Shown: positions 50,090 to 61,844 of the stretch, piece after piece
Position numbering within the stretch: the first letter of the stretch is position 1
How the letters are laid out: every line of letters begins with the position of its first letter
Source: Dicyema japonicum
Taxonomy: Eukaryota > Animalia > Dicyemida
Assembly: GCA_011109175.1 (NCBI GenBank)
Contig: RDEW01000029.1
Location: 774,052 to 838,051 of the forward strand
Length of the DNA stretch: 64,000 nt
Direction of reading: 5' to 3'
Program-made: the position numbers and the translations under genes
Notes under the pieces: model-generated
Databases searched by the model: none
What the model was told of the DNA's origin: nothing
What the model saw: only the letters and a program-made list of their open reading frames with translations

Positions 50090-51700
50090 ATAAATAATCA
50101 TAATCAAAATATTATATCTGAAACTGATGTATCTACGACTGGGAACTGTCCGTACTGGCAAAATCTAGCAAATACTTTGACTACAAAAACCTTCGTTAGA
50201 TTGAAGCAAAGCTTGACGTATTCCCCAAACGCAACTATTTCACATTAAATAATTACAAATATCCTTTATTTGTAGGCCAAACGATTTGATAACAAACACA
50301 GCGTGCACAATGAGGATCACTCTGAAGAGCAGTGCCAATACAACAAGAATTACGTATGAAATATAAATATACTTGGTCCCAGGGACATTGTAGTAGGCCA
50401 CCTACATCTCAATAATGCCAAAATCATACAGCGGCGTATNTACTTTGAGTACAAAAACCTTCGTTAGATTGAGAGCAAAGCTTGACGTATTCCCCAAACA
50501 CTACTATTTCACATTAAATAATTACAAATATCCTTTATTTGTAGGCCAAACGATTTGATAACAAACACAGCGTGCACAATGAGGATCACTCTGAAGAGCA
50601 GTGCCAATACAACAAGAATTACGTATGAAATATAAATATACTTGGTCCCAGGGACATTGTAGTAGGCCACCTACATCTCAATAATGCCAAAATCATACAG
50701 CGGAGTATATCAGATACCCAAACTCGAGGTAGGCGAGTGAGAACAGTACATATAAACATTTTCTACTCTCAAATCGAATCTAATTCCAAATTAAATGCCT
50801 TAAAGTAAAAAACAGCTAAAAATCCCGACAGGTAGACGCCAAAGTTTATTATGAGGCCAGCACTGATCGCAGTGATCGAGAACAGTCTATTCCGGTCGGA
50901 TATGTCGTATATGAGGACGAGGACATTGAGCTAAAACTCTAAAATTATGGAGACCGTCAACTGTAGGTCCATGTTGAGAAGTGAATTGAAGGAATCGAGG
51001 ATTTGGTATGCTTCTAGTGATGAGTAACGACAAAACAACTTAATCGCTCTTTCATAGCTCCAATCGTGGTAAAAGCGAACTTGCCAGATGTCCGCGGAAT
51101 CCAAACGGCCATCACGATTATGAAAACTTAATCGCTCTTTCATAGCTCCAATCGTGGTAAAAGCGAACTTGCCAAATGTCCGCGGAATCCAAACGGCCAT
51201 CACGATTATGAAAGGTCCCAGCAATGCACAGGAGATTAACCTTCCCAGATTGTAGGCAGCTTGCTGTAATCAAGTTTTGTTACCGTCCGTGCTGTTGGGG
51301 ATGATGTAGTGTATTATAACGTAGATTATGACAACGAGGACTGATAATGCAAGGGCGTATAATTCGAATTTCCGTTCACGGAATATTCCGTTGACTGAAT
51401 AGTAAAGGGTAAATACTTTATGTAAGTATTACACGAAACTACCGAGGTTGATAATGAGCATAACGGCGAGACGGATGTCATTTTTGTTTTCTATGGTTAG
51501 TGACTGTAGACTGAGAATGTGGACAATTCGGAATAACGCGACGACGAGAGCTCCGGCATTGCAAATAAAGTTAAACGCTAGAAAGGCCCATTCGTGACTT
51601 TTTATCGTCCGGATTGCTCTAAACTATTTTTAGAGGTTTTCTATGGAAACACTTTTCCGAAAATGTAAATTGCTTCGGACTTATAAAATAAATCCATAAA
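50090..51700 (-). CDS. Conserved multi-pass membrane protein (UPF0658/DUF7789-like), multi-exon, partly duplicated at N 50440
   Basis: Hydrophobic helices with GIFRERKFELYA, FGKFAFTTIGA, LLNMDLQ, IRFES and KSFGLQIK. The family name is from recall and unverified. Confidence 0.5.
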
Positions 51701-52060
51701 TTAGGACACGAAATTAAAATAACAAACTTATTTAAATCTTTTATTAATTAGTTAAATTAAAATAATTAATTTTCTTTTATATTTTAAATAAAAAAATAGA
51801 TTGATTTGTTTTCTTCAAACCCATATGTCGGAGTCAATGTGTCTTAGCTTTACATGAACCTTTAAAACCAACACCGGATTGGTATAATATAAACATGCTG
51901 CTATCAGAAAATAATTAAAAAAAACTTGAAATCCTATCTTTTAAGCGGAAAAAACGTTATTTTAAGGTACATCTATATAATCAAATTATTGTTATATTAA
52001 TTAAACAATATTTTAATATAATTTTAAAATAATATTTACTACGTAATTTATATTTTCGTA

Positions 52061-52632
52061 ATAAACCCTACTATGCGTCGTCTTTTGCGTGACCTTGCTA
52101 GGTAATGTGAAATCTTTAATAAATAATAGAATCGAAAATGATTTTAAACAAGATATAAGTGCAACTCCAACGGAACAAGATTTCTACGTGTGGGACGCCA
52201 TTATTTTTGGGTAAAAACAACATAAACCAATTTAGACCTTAGGATACTGCATTTGTCAACGGAATTTTTAAATTGAAACTGACATTTACCCTGGAGTATC
52301 CCAACAAACCCCCCAAAGTCAAGTTTGTAACAAAAATGTTCCACCCTAACGGTACAGCTGTTGAGATAGTTTCAGTTTATGCCGACGGAAACATTTTTCT
52401 GGATATTTTGAATTCAAAATGGAGTCCTACTTTCGACGTGGGGTCTATTTTGACGTCTATACAGTCTCTTTTGGACGACCCCTTCATTCAAAGTCCAGCC
52501 AATTATCAGGCAGCGACTCTTTATACACAGAACAAGAGGGAGTACAACAAAATAGTCTCTGAGCTGATTGAGTCCAACCTCACTCTATGCGAAGAAGAGC
52601 TTGAAAACGAGGATGACCAAGTCGACTCGTAA
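52061..52632 (+). pseudogene. UBE2A: Rad6/UBE2A-like E2, disabled
   Basis: [58 protein letters not shown]; introns 52102-52129, 52211-52235, 52352-52375; in-frame TAG at 52240; catalytic Cys position is Phe. Confidence 0.85.
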
Positions 52633-52804
52633 AAATGATTTTTATTAATCAATTTTTAGTGAATTAACTAAAAACAAATTTTTATGAAACTTTAGTTCTC
52701 GATGTGGATTTTTTTAATTAGAAAAATAAGAAATAATGAAATTATTTTTGTATTATAAAATATTTTGTGTAATAAATGTATCCATAACAATAATTACTAA
52801 AGAA

Positions 52805-53654
52805 ATGAGCGTTTCTAAAGAAAATTACACTTTACGTCAAGCAGAGAAATTTGCCAAAGCCAAATCGTTTTTGCAAAAAAGTTCATCAAAAAATGGAGCC
52901 AACTTGTAATCTAAAATACTTCCAAATATAACTAGATACGACCATTTATCTGCAATTGTCACAAAAGTTCTCCATGAAAGAATTGACGATGCCGTTGACG
53001 TTCTCGAAGATTTGAGCAGAAAAGTCAAAAAAAGCAAATTCCTACCTGAGACCGATTCAATAGTCGATAAAATTGATCGATCGAGTGAAGTTGCTCTGGC
53101 AGAAGTGCAGTTGCCACTCTTTAAGGCTTGAGAAAGTACATTATTTTAGGAAGATGACGACGTTGAGCCCGATGAAGATTCCGAATCCATTCTGAACAAC
53201 CTGATGGAGTCTTTCTACTACTTTGAACAAATTGGAGTTGGCTTTGGGCGGGAAGAATCTACAAAAATCTGTTTAGCCATGAAAAAACTGACGGATGAGT
53301 ATCCTCTCCGATCTGCAACTTTTTGGGGCAAAATATTTGGTCTGGAACAAAACTATTACATTGCCGAAGCCGAGTTTAAGGAAGGCGAGGAAGAAGAGGA
53401 AGAAGTACCTGGGCGGGAAGAATCTACAAAAATCTGTTTAGCCATGAAAAAACTGACGGATGAGTATCCTCTCCGATCTGCAACTTTTTGGGGCAAAATA
53501 TTTGGTCTGGAACAAAACTATTACATTGCCGAAGCCGAGTTTAAGGAAGGCGAGGAAGAAGAGGAAGAAGTACCATTTTTAATGTTTATACAGGAATTCG
53601 AATTGGAAAGTGTTAGGGCTGAAGAAAACGAGAACTCCGAAGGTGCCCACGTTT
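52805..53654 (+). CDS. RSPH4A: Radial spoke head protein 4/6 homolog, 5' part (cut by N at 53655)
   Basis: AKSFLQK...NLYDHLS...FEQIGVGFGREE...FWGKIFGLEQNYYIAEAE; GC-AG intron 53126-53149. Confidence 0.9.
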
Positions 53655-53655
53655 N

Positions 53656-54120
53656 GTACAAATTGGCCGACTCCTTCATTGAGGCGGTTAGAGAGTTTTC
53701 GGTTTATGTCTAGTCAGGTATCGTGAACATGATACTTTCGACTTCGGCACAAACCGACGTTGATATTCGACCGGCGAGATTACGTTTTTTGAGATTTTAG
53801 GCTCTTTTCTCAAACGTAGTATTGGCTGGAGGGAATATTTTGTATGGAGGGTTGTCAGAGCGAATTATCAAGGAGTTGTGTATGCGGACTTCTTCGGTTG
53901 ATTCCGAGTGATGATTAGTTTAGAATATTCGAATAAAAATAAACCCTCCATCCAACATTGCGGAAAAGAGGTTTATTCACTGTAGTGCCTGGATTGGGGG
54001 GTCTATTCTGGCATCTTTGGTTCTGTAATTTTCTATATGGCGTAGGGCTCATTTCACAGCCTTTGGACGTCCAAGAAGAATTATGAAGAAGTCGGAAATG
54101 CAGTTTTGGACAAAATGTGA
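53656..54120 (+). CDS. ACTL6A: ARP4/ACTL6-like actin-related protein, 3' part
   Basis: Spliced: DVDIRP|ALFSNVVLAGGNILYGGLSERIIKEL...SAWIGGSILASL|GSFHSLWTSKKNYEEVG. Confidence 0.8.
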
Positions 54121-54253
54121 TTTGCTTTTTTTGTTCGATTTTTGTGTTTTTTATTAAAATGTGTATCGTCTCTTCCCTGAATTTGACTTAATCTCGGCAC
54201 GTTAAGACGAGTACATGTTCTTTTATTTTTCTAATGAAAGTACTTGTCATATA

Positions 54254-55325
54254 CAGTCAAATCCCTCTAAACCGACTCCTCGGTATGCCGGAATTCCCTT
54301 AAAACGGACTAAACTTCTAGTCCCGATTCACCTCATAGGCCATCACTGTTATTTCATCTTCGATATACCGGATCTCCTCTATTCCGAATACCGACCGTAT
54401 TTTGTGGTCCCAGCCTGAATTTTCTTTTATCATAAACCGGCCTTCTGACATCAATCTTTGATCTAATCCAGTGCTTCCCGATTGGGGGTGTCCGCACCCC
54501 CTAGGGGTGCCTGAAATTTTTTAGGGGGTGCCTGGAACGATCAGCCCTCGTTAATCCGAACTTCAATAATCCGAATTTTTTTAATTGAAATTTATAAATG
54601 TTCTAACTGTTTCCTGCCAAATTTGATTCAATAATCCGAAAATTCAATAATCCGCAATTTTTTAAATGATTTTTTAATAAAATTCTCTGTTAGATTTGAA
54701 AATGGGGGTGCCAGGTTGGCTTTTAAAATTTTTGGGGGTGCGAACTCAAAACGAATCGGGAAGCACTGATCTAATCCTATTAATCGTCTTTAACCCTGTT
54801 TTGTGAACAACGATAGAGATTTAAATTGCGAAAAATTCGACAGAAAATGAAAAAACTAATGAATAGACTAGTCGATAATTCAATGACAGAAGAAGAATTT
54901 GTCAACTAAGACTTGGAACTACCCACTGAAAATCCCAAAGATTGAGAATCATCCCTAGTTGAGCAATACCAAACAGTCTCAGCTTTTTAAGATAAGACAG
55001 TGATTCAGATTTTGATAAGCAAACTGAGCCAAAACATACTGAGAAATTAACACGCACAAATGTTCAACAAATGCTAGACTAAATCCGCAATTTTGCTTGC
55101 ACTCAAGACCATGCATTACTCGATCCAGTCAACAGACTGATCTATCTGAACAATAAAGCTAAATCGAAGCAAAATACGAGGCAATCCTTATTTACAGATT
55201 TTTATTAATTTTACTGTTTCACTTTTTCGCTAGTAAATTTAACGACTTGTTCAATATCCCGGCCTCCTCTCTATACCGGACATTCTGTCGGTCCCGAGAG
55301 GAATCGGTTTAGAGGGGTTTGACTG
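54254..55325 (+). mobile_element. Non-autonomous Tigger/pogo-type element
   Basis: About 27-bp TIRs cagtcaaaYccctctaaaccgaYtcct, with TA on both sides. Confidence 0.85.
54469..54768 (+). mobile_element. 300-bp Buster-derived MITE
   Basis: Perfect 15-bp TIR cagtgcttcccgatt; 8-bp TSD atctaatc; left end shared with 44541. Confidence 0.9.
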
Positions 55326-55444
55326 TATTAACCTTCCGCGGATAGCTTAACAAGCATTTGCGGCAGCCGTCGCCGACGAGGGCAAAAACATTTGGAGAAG
55401 GTGGCGGATCTTGTAATATCCCGGACGAGAGACCTGCTTGAAAG

Positions 55445-56810
55445 GGAATGCTATCGCCGGCTCTCTTCAACCTTCATTTAAGTGATGCACCAGTCACCAA
55501 GAATACATTACTACTCTCATATGCAGACGACATAATCATTGCATCAAGAGACAGCGATCTATCAACGGCCACCAATCACTTACAATCTCATCTGGATTCC
55601 ATTGCTGCCTGGTTTACCATCAACTCTTTAACCTTCATTTAAGTGACGCACCAGTCACCAAGAATACATTACTACTCTCATATGCAGACGACATAATCAT
55701 TGCATCAAGAGACAGCGATCTATCAACGGCCACCAACCACTTACAATCTCATCTGGATTCCATTGCTGCCTGGTTTACCATCAACCAGCTATCCATTTCA
55801 CCTGCTAAATCGACCGCAACGCTTTTCACGACCAACAAACGTGAACTCAATCATGAACCCTCACTCTTTTTACTTGGAAATCGTTTACCCATAACAAAAA
55901 ACCCCAAAATTCTGGGTGTCACTTATGATCAATCTCTCAGTTTCTCTACCCATATGAATACGATTTGTACTAAAGCCAGGCGCAAGCTGAACGCACTACG
56001 TGCAGTCTCTGGTTATTCTTTTGGACAAGCCAAGGAAAGTCTAAAACTGATATACAAACAATTCATCCGAACAACAATGAACTATGCCTCCCCTTGCTGG
56101 TCTCCGTGCCTCTCGCTCACATCAATTGAGCATTTACAACGAGTCCAGAATTCTGGGCTTAGAACGATAACTGGATGTTTAAAATCTTCCCCCATTGATC
56201 ACCTCCATTGGGAAACAAAAATCCTCCCCATCGCTGACCACCTCGAAATGCGCGGGCTCCAATTTTTGGATGACTCCTCGGCTGCTTACCACCCGGCTCA
56301 TAATCTTCGCAAATCCGGCAACAACAGGAAAATACGTGCTACCTGTGCTGATCTGGAAAGAACTCTGTTGAAAATCCCTTTGGGAAACAGAGAAAAAACA
56401 AGATCAGCATTAATACACGAGTTCATCTCCACGAGGGCCATCCGGAGACTATCATCGAACAAAATACTTCAAGAACCTCCCCCAGAAATCGATGAATCAG
56501 AATCGCTATTGCAAAGAAAGGAACGCGTGATTCTCGCTAGACTTCGCTGCGGACATCACCCCTGCCTTGGACACGACTACATGGGAAAAAAACCAGAAAG
56601 AAGACCCTGCCACGTATGTAACTCCAATCCGATCTCCGCCCACCATTTGTTCTCCTGTCCTGGACCACCGGAAATGTCGCTACCACACGCAGCGCTTCGG
56701 GATCTCTGGGAGCGCCCGGCCCTTGCTATGCGCCGTTTAATAGCCGCCGGCTGGAAAGAACTCTGTTGCATGTCAGGGAGTTCGGGGCTACTAACTAACT
56801 AACTAACTAT
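55445..56810 (+). mobile_element. I/jockey-group LINE, 3' part with C-terminal CCHC and (CTAA)n tail
   Basis: LSPALFNL, YADD, PKILGVTYD, LQRVQN, LARLRCGH, CHVC...HLFSC; ctaa repeats over the stop. Confidence 0.85.
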
Positions 56811-56864
56811 ATTTCATTACGGTTAATTTTTAAATCGCGTGCTGATTTCTGTTCATTTTTTTCG

Positions 56865-58104
56865 TTGTTATCATTACCTTTTATGAGATTAAACTACGAT
56901 GAAAAAATAGAAATTGCTAAACTTCTTTCAAAAAAGAAGCATTCAATTCGAAAACTCGCTGGAATGTTTCATACAAGTATCGGAACAATTTCAAGAATCA
57001 AAAGAAACATTGTTCCATTCTCAAGAAACGGACAAATTTATTCAAATGCAGAGACTTCAGAGTCGGTCAATTGTGATAAGCATAAACTTTTGGATTCTAA
57101 AGTGTTGGATGTATTTCAACACCTAAGAAAACAAAATTTTCCCATTTCCGGACCTTTAATCCAAAAAATCGGTATTATTGTAATTCTTAAAATCATTTTA
57201 TTAGGACTGAAAGTTGCGAAAATTAGACCCTTTGATTATTGGAAAGTTTCGTAATCCGAGATGCTTCAAGAATTTCCTTCCATCAAACCATAATGTTGTC
57301 TATTCTTCATCCACATGATTAATGAACATTTTGTATCACAAAATCGGAAAATTATTCTGCTATTGGACAATGCTGGGCCGCATAATAATCTGGAATTCTC
57401 TAACATAGAATTACTTTTTTTACCAAAAAATACAACTGCTATACTACAGCCACTGGATTGTGGAATTATAAAATCTTTTAAGGACCATTATTCTACATCT
57501 TTAATAGATTTTTTATGTTTCACTGACGATCAGGAAGTTTTTATTGAGTCGCTGAAGAAAATAAATTTGCGTCAAGTTATATTACTGATTTCTGATGCAT
57601 GGAAGAAGGTTTCGTCAGAAACTATTATTAATTGTTGGAAAAAAGTTTTTAGCGAACACCAATCCGAAGATCTTAATGGTCATTTCGTTAACGAAAAAAT
57701 TGAAAGAGCAATCGAATATGTGTTGGATGAAAATGACCTTGATTCAGAGAAAATTTTTTATGATGGAATTGAGACTGAACATGTAACAATAAGAACAGCA
57801 ATTGAAAACATAAATAAAGTTGAGGAAGACGTGTTAAAGATGTTTCCAGATTGTCTCAAAGATTTTTATGATTTTAGAAAAAAAATTATGCGCAATTTAA
57901 AATTTAAATTTGGTTATGGACAAAAAATCACTGATTATTTTAAACAATGTTAGTTTTCCGTTAAATTCTAAGGTTTATAATCAGCAAAGTATAGTTATTT
58001 ACACAATAATAACAAATTTTTATACGATTTTTAGAGCAACCTCTATTTTTGGAACAACCTCTGTTTTTGGAACACTTGGTGTTCCAAACGGAGGTTAGAC
58101 TGTA
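56865..58104 (+). mobile_element. pogo/Tigger transposon (HTH-psq, CENP-B, DDE_1), internally deleted
   Basis: EKIEIAK...SIRKLA...TISRI; FPISGPLIQ; ILLLDNAGPH, FLPKNTTAILQPLDCGII; right end ...ggttagactg followed by TA. Confidence 0.85.
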
Positions 58105-58229
58105 TTGTGATATTATCGTCGTTTATGCGATCAACATAGACCTCCAAATTCTTCATTACAGACTTCCGTATCCAAAGAGAGGTGGGGAAATTTTGGTAAG
58201 CCCAGCTCCCATTTTGTCAGCTTCCTACC

Positions 58230-58385
58230 GTCGCTGACCGCACTTCATTTGTTTCGGGAGGTCTATGTTGATCGCACAAACAACTCCTTCCCTCGGCTTC
58301 TTCCTCCGATTAATTACTTGATACTGTTGTTTGTGCCCGGTTGCCACTATGATGTGGAACTTGGGGGCTAATAAATAAAATAAAA
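58230..58385 (+). mobile_element. SINE-like family C copy
   Basis: gaggtctatgttgatcg.cacaaacaactccttc ... ggttgccac...gatgtg.aacttggggg, shared with 41757-41860. Confidence 0.6.
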
Positions 58386-58499
58386 TATTATCGTTGTTAG
58401 ATCTTCATGAAGTTGTTCATTAAAAAACATTCTTTCGCTTTTTTAATAAGCAAAGAATCTCATTCTTAGGAAGTGCATACTTGAATAACATTTGGCAGG

Positions 58500-58745
58500 T
58501 TTGTAGCATAGTAAGAAACAGCTTTAAGCTAGCTCCCCCATCTCGTAACTATTGGTTCTGGCGGGTACCCAATTTCTTTAAACAATTGTCTTCGATCATT
58601 GTTCTTTACAACAAGTGCTTTGACACAAGCAATCAATTTGTCGACTTCGAAATAATGTACTTTTATTTTAAGTACACAATTATGCACTAAATGAGCAAAA
58701 CATGTGATATGGTATAGATTAGAATATAATAATTTGAGAGTACTT
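58500..58745 (-). mobile_element. hAT-like transposase fragment (intronless relative of 23960)
   Basis: HITCFAHLVHNC...LIACVKALVVKN...PPEPIVTRWGS. Confidence 0.75.
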
Positions 58746-58764
58746 CCCGCAGAAACCATATATG

Positions 58765-59075
58765 GAGCAGACTATAGCCAAAGAGACTCGCTCGGCCAGA
58801 TACCGACCCGATTTGTCGGAGCAGGCTACGAGTGGAAAGTCCCTGTATTCTAGACGTCTTGACTGCCAAAGAGGACAACACTCTGTAATTCCAGACATCA
58901 GCATATTTCTCGCGTTTCTTCCCATCGGGCCGTTCGGATAGAGCTCGGGGCTTTCGAGTGATGTCCTTAGCGAAAAGGGAATTCACGCACGTGATGTCCC
59001 AAACCAGACACTTTCCCCTTTGAAAGGGAAAGGTCGTCATTCCGTCGGGTCTTCTGTCGTCCTCTCCAAGCCAGA
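58765..59075 (-). mobile_element. CRE-clade RLE remnant
   Basis: TTFPFQRGKCLVWDITCVNS...KREKY. Confidence 0.75.
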
Positions 59076-59674
59076 GCTCTCTTTTCTTGATTTAGAGAAT
59101 GTATTTTTCCATTTATGGCACCACTGGACTTGGTATAAGAAACATTTTTTAGCATATCCCAATAATCGACGGTTCTGTATAGCTAGTCGATTTTTTAGTT
59201 TTTCATATAAACTTTTCCGACTTTAACGTCGAAAGCGCAAGCATTAGTCTTGACGCATCAAGCTTAAGCGTCCAAGCTCTAAACATTCGCTTTTAAACCG
59301 CATATAACCAAGCATCGACGTTTTTTACGAAAAATCAAAACAACATTTTTTTAAAGAATCAAAGTTCTATAATTGTTACTTCCTGCTCAGCCTGGGAAAC
59401 ATATTTGAGCTTTTTACTATAAAAAGAGTCACAATTTACAATATTTATTTCATTCATTTTTTCATTAATGACATTTTTTGACTCTACTTCACTGTTGACC
59501 CTGATGCCTGAAACTGGACTCGATAAAAAACTAAAGTAAACAAAAGTACAGATTCGTATTTTTAACGCGGAAACTTTGATGTCGTCATAAAATTAATTTC
59601 CGAAAGACTATTCTGTTGAATTGTTTATTTTTGGAATTTTATTGCAATTATTTATTTAAAAATAAATACTAATT

Positions 59675-59950
59675 TCTGACTAAGATCGATTTAAAAAATG
59701 CATTCAATTTTGTAAGAAAAGACTATTCTTGAAGCTTGCGCCAAGGAAATCCCACGTACCTTACCAATCGTCAGCCTGGCTTACTCTAACCCCTTTGCAC
59801 TTATATCCGGAACATCCATAATTGACTGTTCAGGTGGAGTTCAACAATATGACCTTTTGAGGGCACTCTTATTATCCTTCGCAATCTACGAAACTACAAA
59901 ATCGTATCAAACGAATCTTAAAATATTGTCTCTGGACGACGGAGTAATGC
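59675..59950 (+). mobile_element. CRE-clade RT remnant
   Basis: KIDLKNAFN, GGVQQYD, SLDDG. Confidence 0.7.
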
Positions 59951-60804
59951 TTAAAACCATCGTGAGAATGATGAAATCACTTGTGTTGAACTTGGACTTG
60001 AATTCAACTATGGGAAATGCTAAATTGTGAATATCGACACGGATGACTTTTCTTGAAGAAGTCGNGAGTAATGCCAAAAACCATCGTGAGAATGATGAAA
60101 TCACTTGTGTTGAACTTGGACTTGAATTCAACTATGGGAAATGCTAAATTGTGAATATCGACACGGATGACTTTTCTTGAAGAAGTCGAGTACAGAATTC
60201 GACAAACTGCTGCTTGGATGCACTTTCCTTGATTGTTGCTTGCTGCCTGGATGACTTGAATTTCCTTAGATCTCGTATATTTGAGTTTAGGACCGAAACT
60301 GCCATAAAGGCTTAATTTTTCAAATCCACTTTCAATTTGAGGCTGCATGGATATTTTTCGAAGATAGCAGGAGACTCAATGGAATAACCACCTTTCCTTT
60401 TCAGAGGGGAAAATGCCTGGTTTGGGAAGTCACGTATGTGAACTCCTTTTCTGACCTGAACATAAAACTAACGATTGAAATTTTGGAGCCCCATCTGGAC
60501 GGTCCGAGAAAAAAAAATTGAAAAATACTTTGGAATCAGGAATGGCAGAGTGTTTGCACATGGCAGTTAATAATTATCGTATGTCATAGCGTCCGCGTTG
60601 TTGATACTGTCCGGGCTGATGAGACCCACTGTTCACTTGAAAGCATTAACAAATACTCATTCTTGTTTCAATAGAAACAAATTAGAGAAATTTTAAATCC
60701 CAAAGGAAAAGGACCCGAATATAATGTACTTTTATTAATCGATAATACTTTAATTATTAAAGTATTAAAGTTTAATAGAAACAAACAGGAAACAAAGTAA
60801 AATC

Positions 60805-61170
60805 AGCTACTAGCCGCAGAGAGAATTGAGAAACTGTTCCCCCTAAATACGGCTATTGTGACGCGCTCAAAAAGCCGATTGAGCTCGCGGGGGTCCTTTC
60901 TAATTCTTCCGAGGTGGCGTCCTCTCTCAGTGAGGAAAGGAAACAAAAGGAAATCAGCTACTAGCCGCAGAGAGAATTGAGAAACTGTTCCCCCTAAGTA
61001 CGGCTATTGAGACGCGCTCAAAAAGCCGATTGAGCTCGCGGGGGTCCTTTCTAATTCTTCCGAGGTGGCGTCCTCTCTCGGTGAAGAAACGTAGTGTCGA
61101 TGGTCCTAGTGTGCCTGAAGTTTCGACTGACACAGGTTCAAAGAAGAATGTGTCCAATAGAGATTCGTAT
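60805..61170 (-). mobile_element. CRE-clade RLE 3' end, tandemly duplicated
   Basis: FEPVSVETSG...FERVSIAVLRGNS. Confidence 0.8.
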
Positions 61171-61654
61171 TCAATAGAGATTTTTATTTGTTTTGAAANT
61201 AAATTTATCTTTAGATACAATCAATCGATCAAAAGGTGGATTAGCTCCACTAGTGCGTCAAATGGGTCATTTGTCAGCTATAAGCAGATAGATTATAACA
61301 TGGCAAAGCATCAAGTTGCTAAAGATACCTGCGAACTTAGAGATACGAATGACGATTTATTTAAAAATGTACACAGAAGTCGTCTGAAAAAAATATGACC
61401 TTTATAAAAAAAAATTTAGATAATAAAAAATTTTGAATTGTTTATAGTGGTTTTTAAACGGAGAACCTAAAAAAATGTAGAATGTAATAAAATACGTTAT
61501 TGATTAAGAAAAATTGGTGATGTGTGTTTTGCCGACTCTTGGTAAAATTCATTCGATCAAAAAATTGATAAAAAATAGAATAATTCGACTTAATTCCATT
61601 ATCAAGTTATTTTTAATTAATTATCAGGTTATTTTCGTTTGATTTTATTAAAAT

Positions 61655-61843
61655 TTATGAGGGAGCATTATCCACATCCATCCGAACCTGAAACTTTGGC
61701 TTGGAAACTTCCTAAATGGAAGACGAGCACAAGTACTCTGCAACAACATCAAATCAAGATCTCGCTATTTCCCAAATGGAGTCCCTCAAGGCTCCCCACT
61801 ATCACCCCAACTCTTCAATCTCTACATAAACGACATGCCACAA
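61655..61843 (+). mobile_element. jockey/I-like RT fragment
   Basis: WLGNFLNGR...NGVPQGSPLSPQLFNLYINDMP. Confidence 0.75.
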
Positions 61844-61844
61844 N

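Noticed and set aside
52240-52242. Stop-codon reassignment (TAG as a sense codon)
   Set aside because: The same gene has other lesions. RSPH4/6 and ARP4 exons lack internal stops, and TAG, TAA and TGA all end genes at expected positions.
53204-53713. RSPH4/6 internal domain duplication and RSPH-ARP4 fusion
   Set aside because: The exact 165-bp repeat and the N at 53655 point to assembly artefacts.
53971-53985. 15-nt intron gtttattcactgtag in ARP4
   Set aside because: It is in frame with no stop. Retention keeps the conserved RF and removal loses it, so it cannot be decided without RNA-seq.
60611-60650. Hammerhead ribozyme (CTGATGAG...GAAA)
   Set aside because: There is no stem II complement before GAAA and no closing stems I/III. 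The CTGATGA in the SINE core reverse strand likewise lacks the GAAA core.
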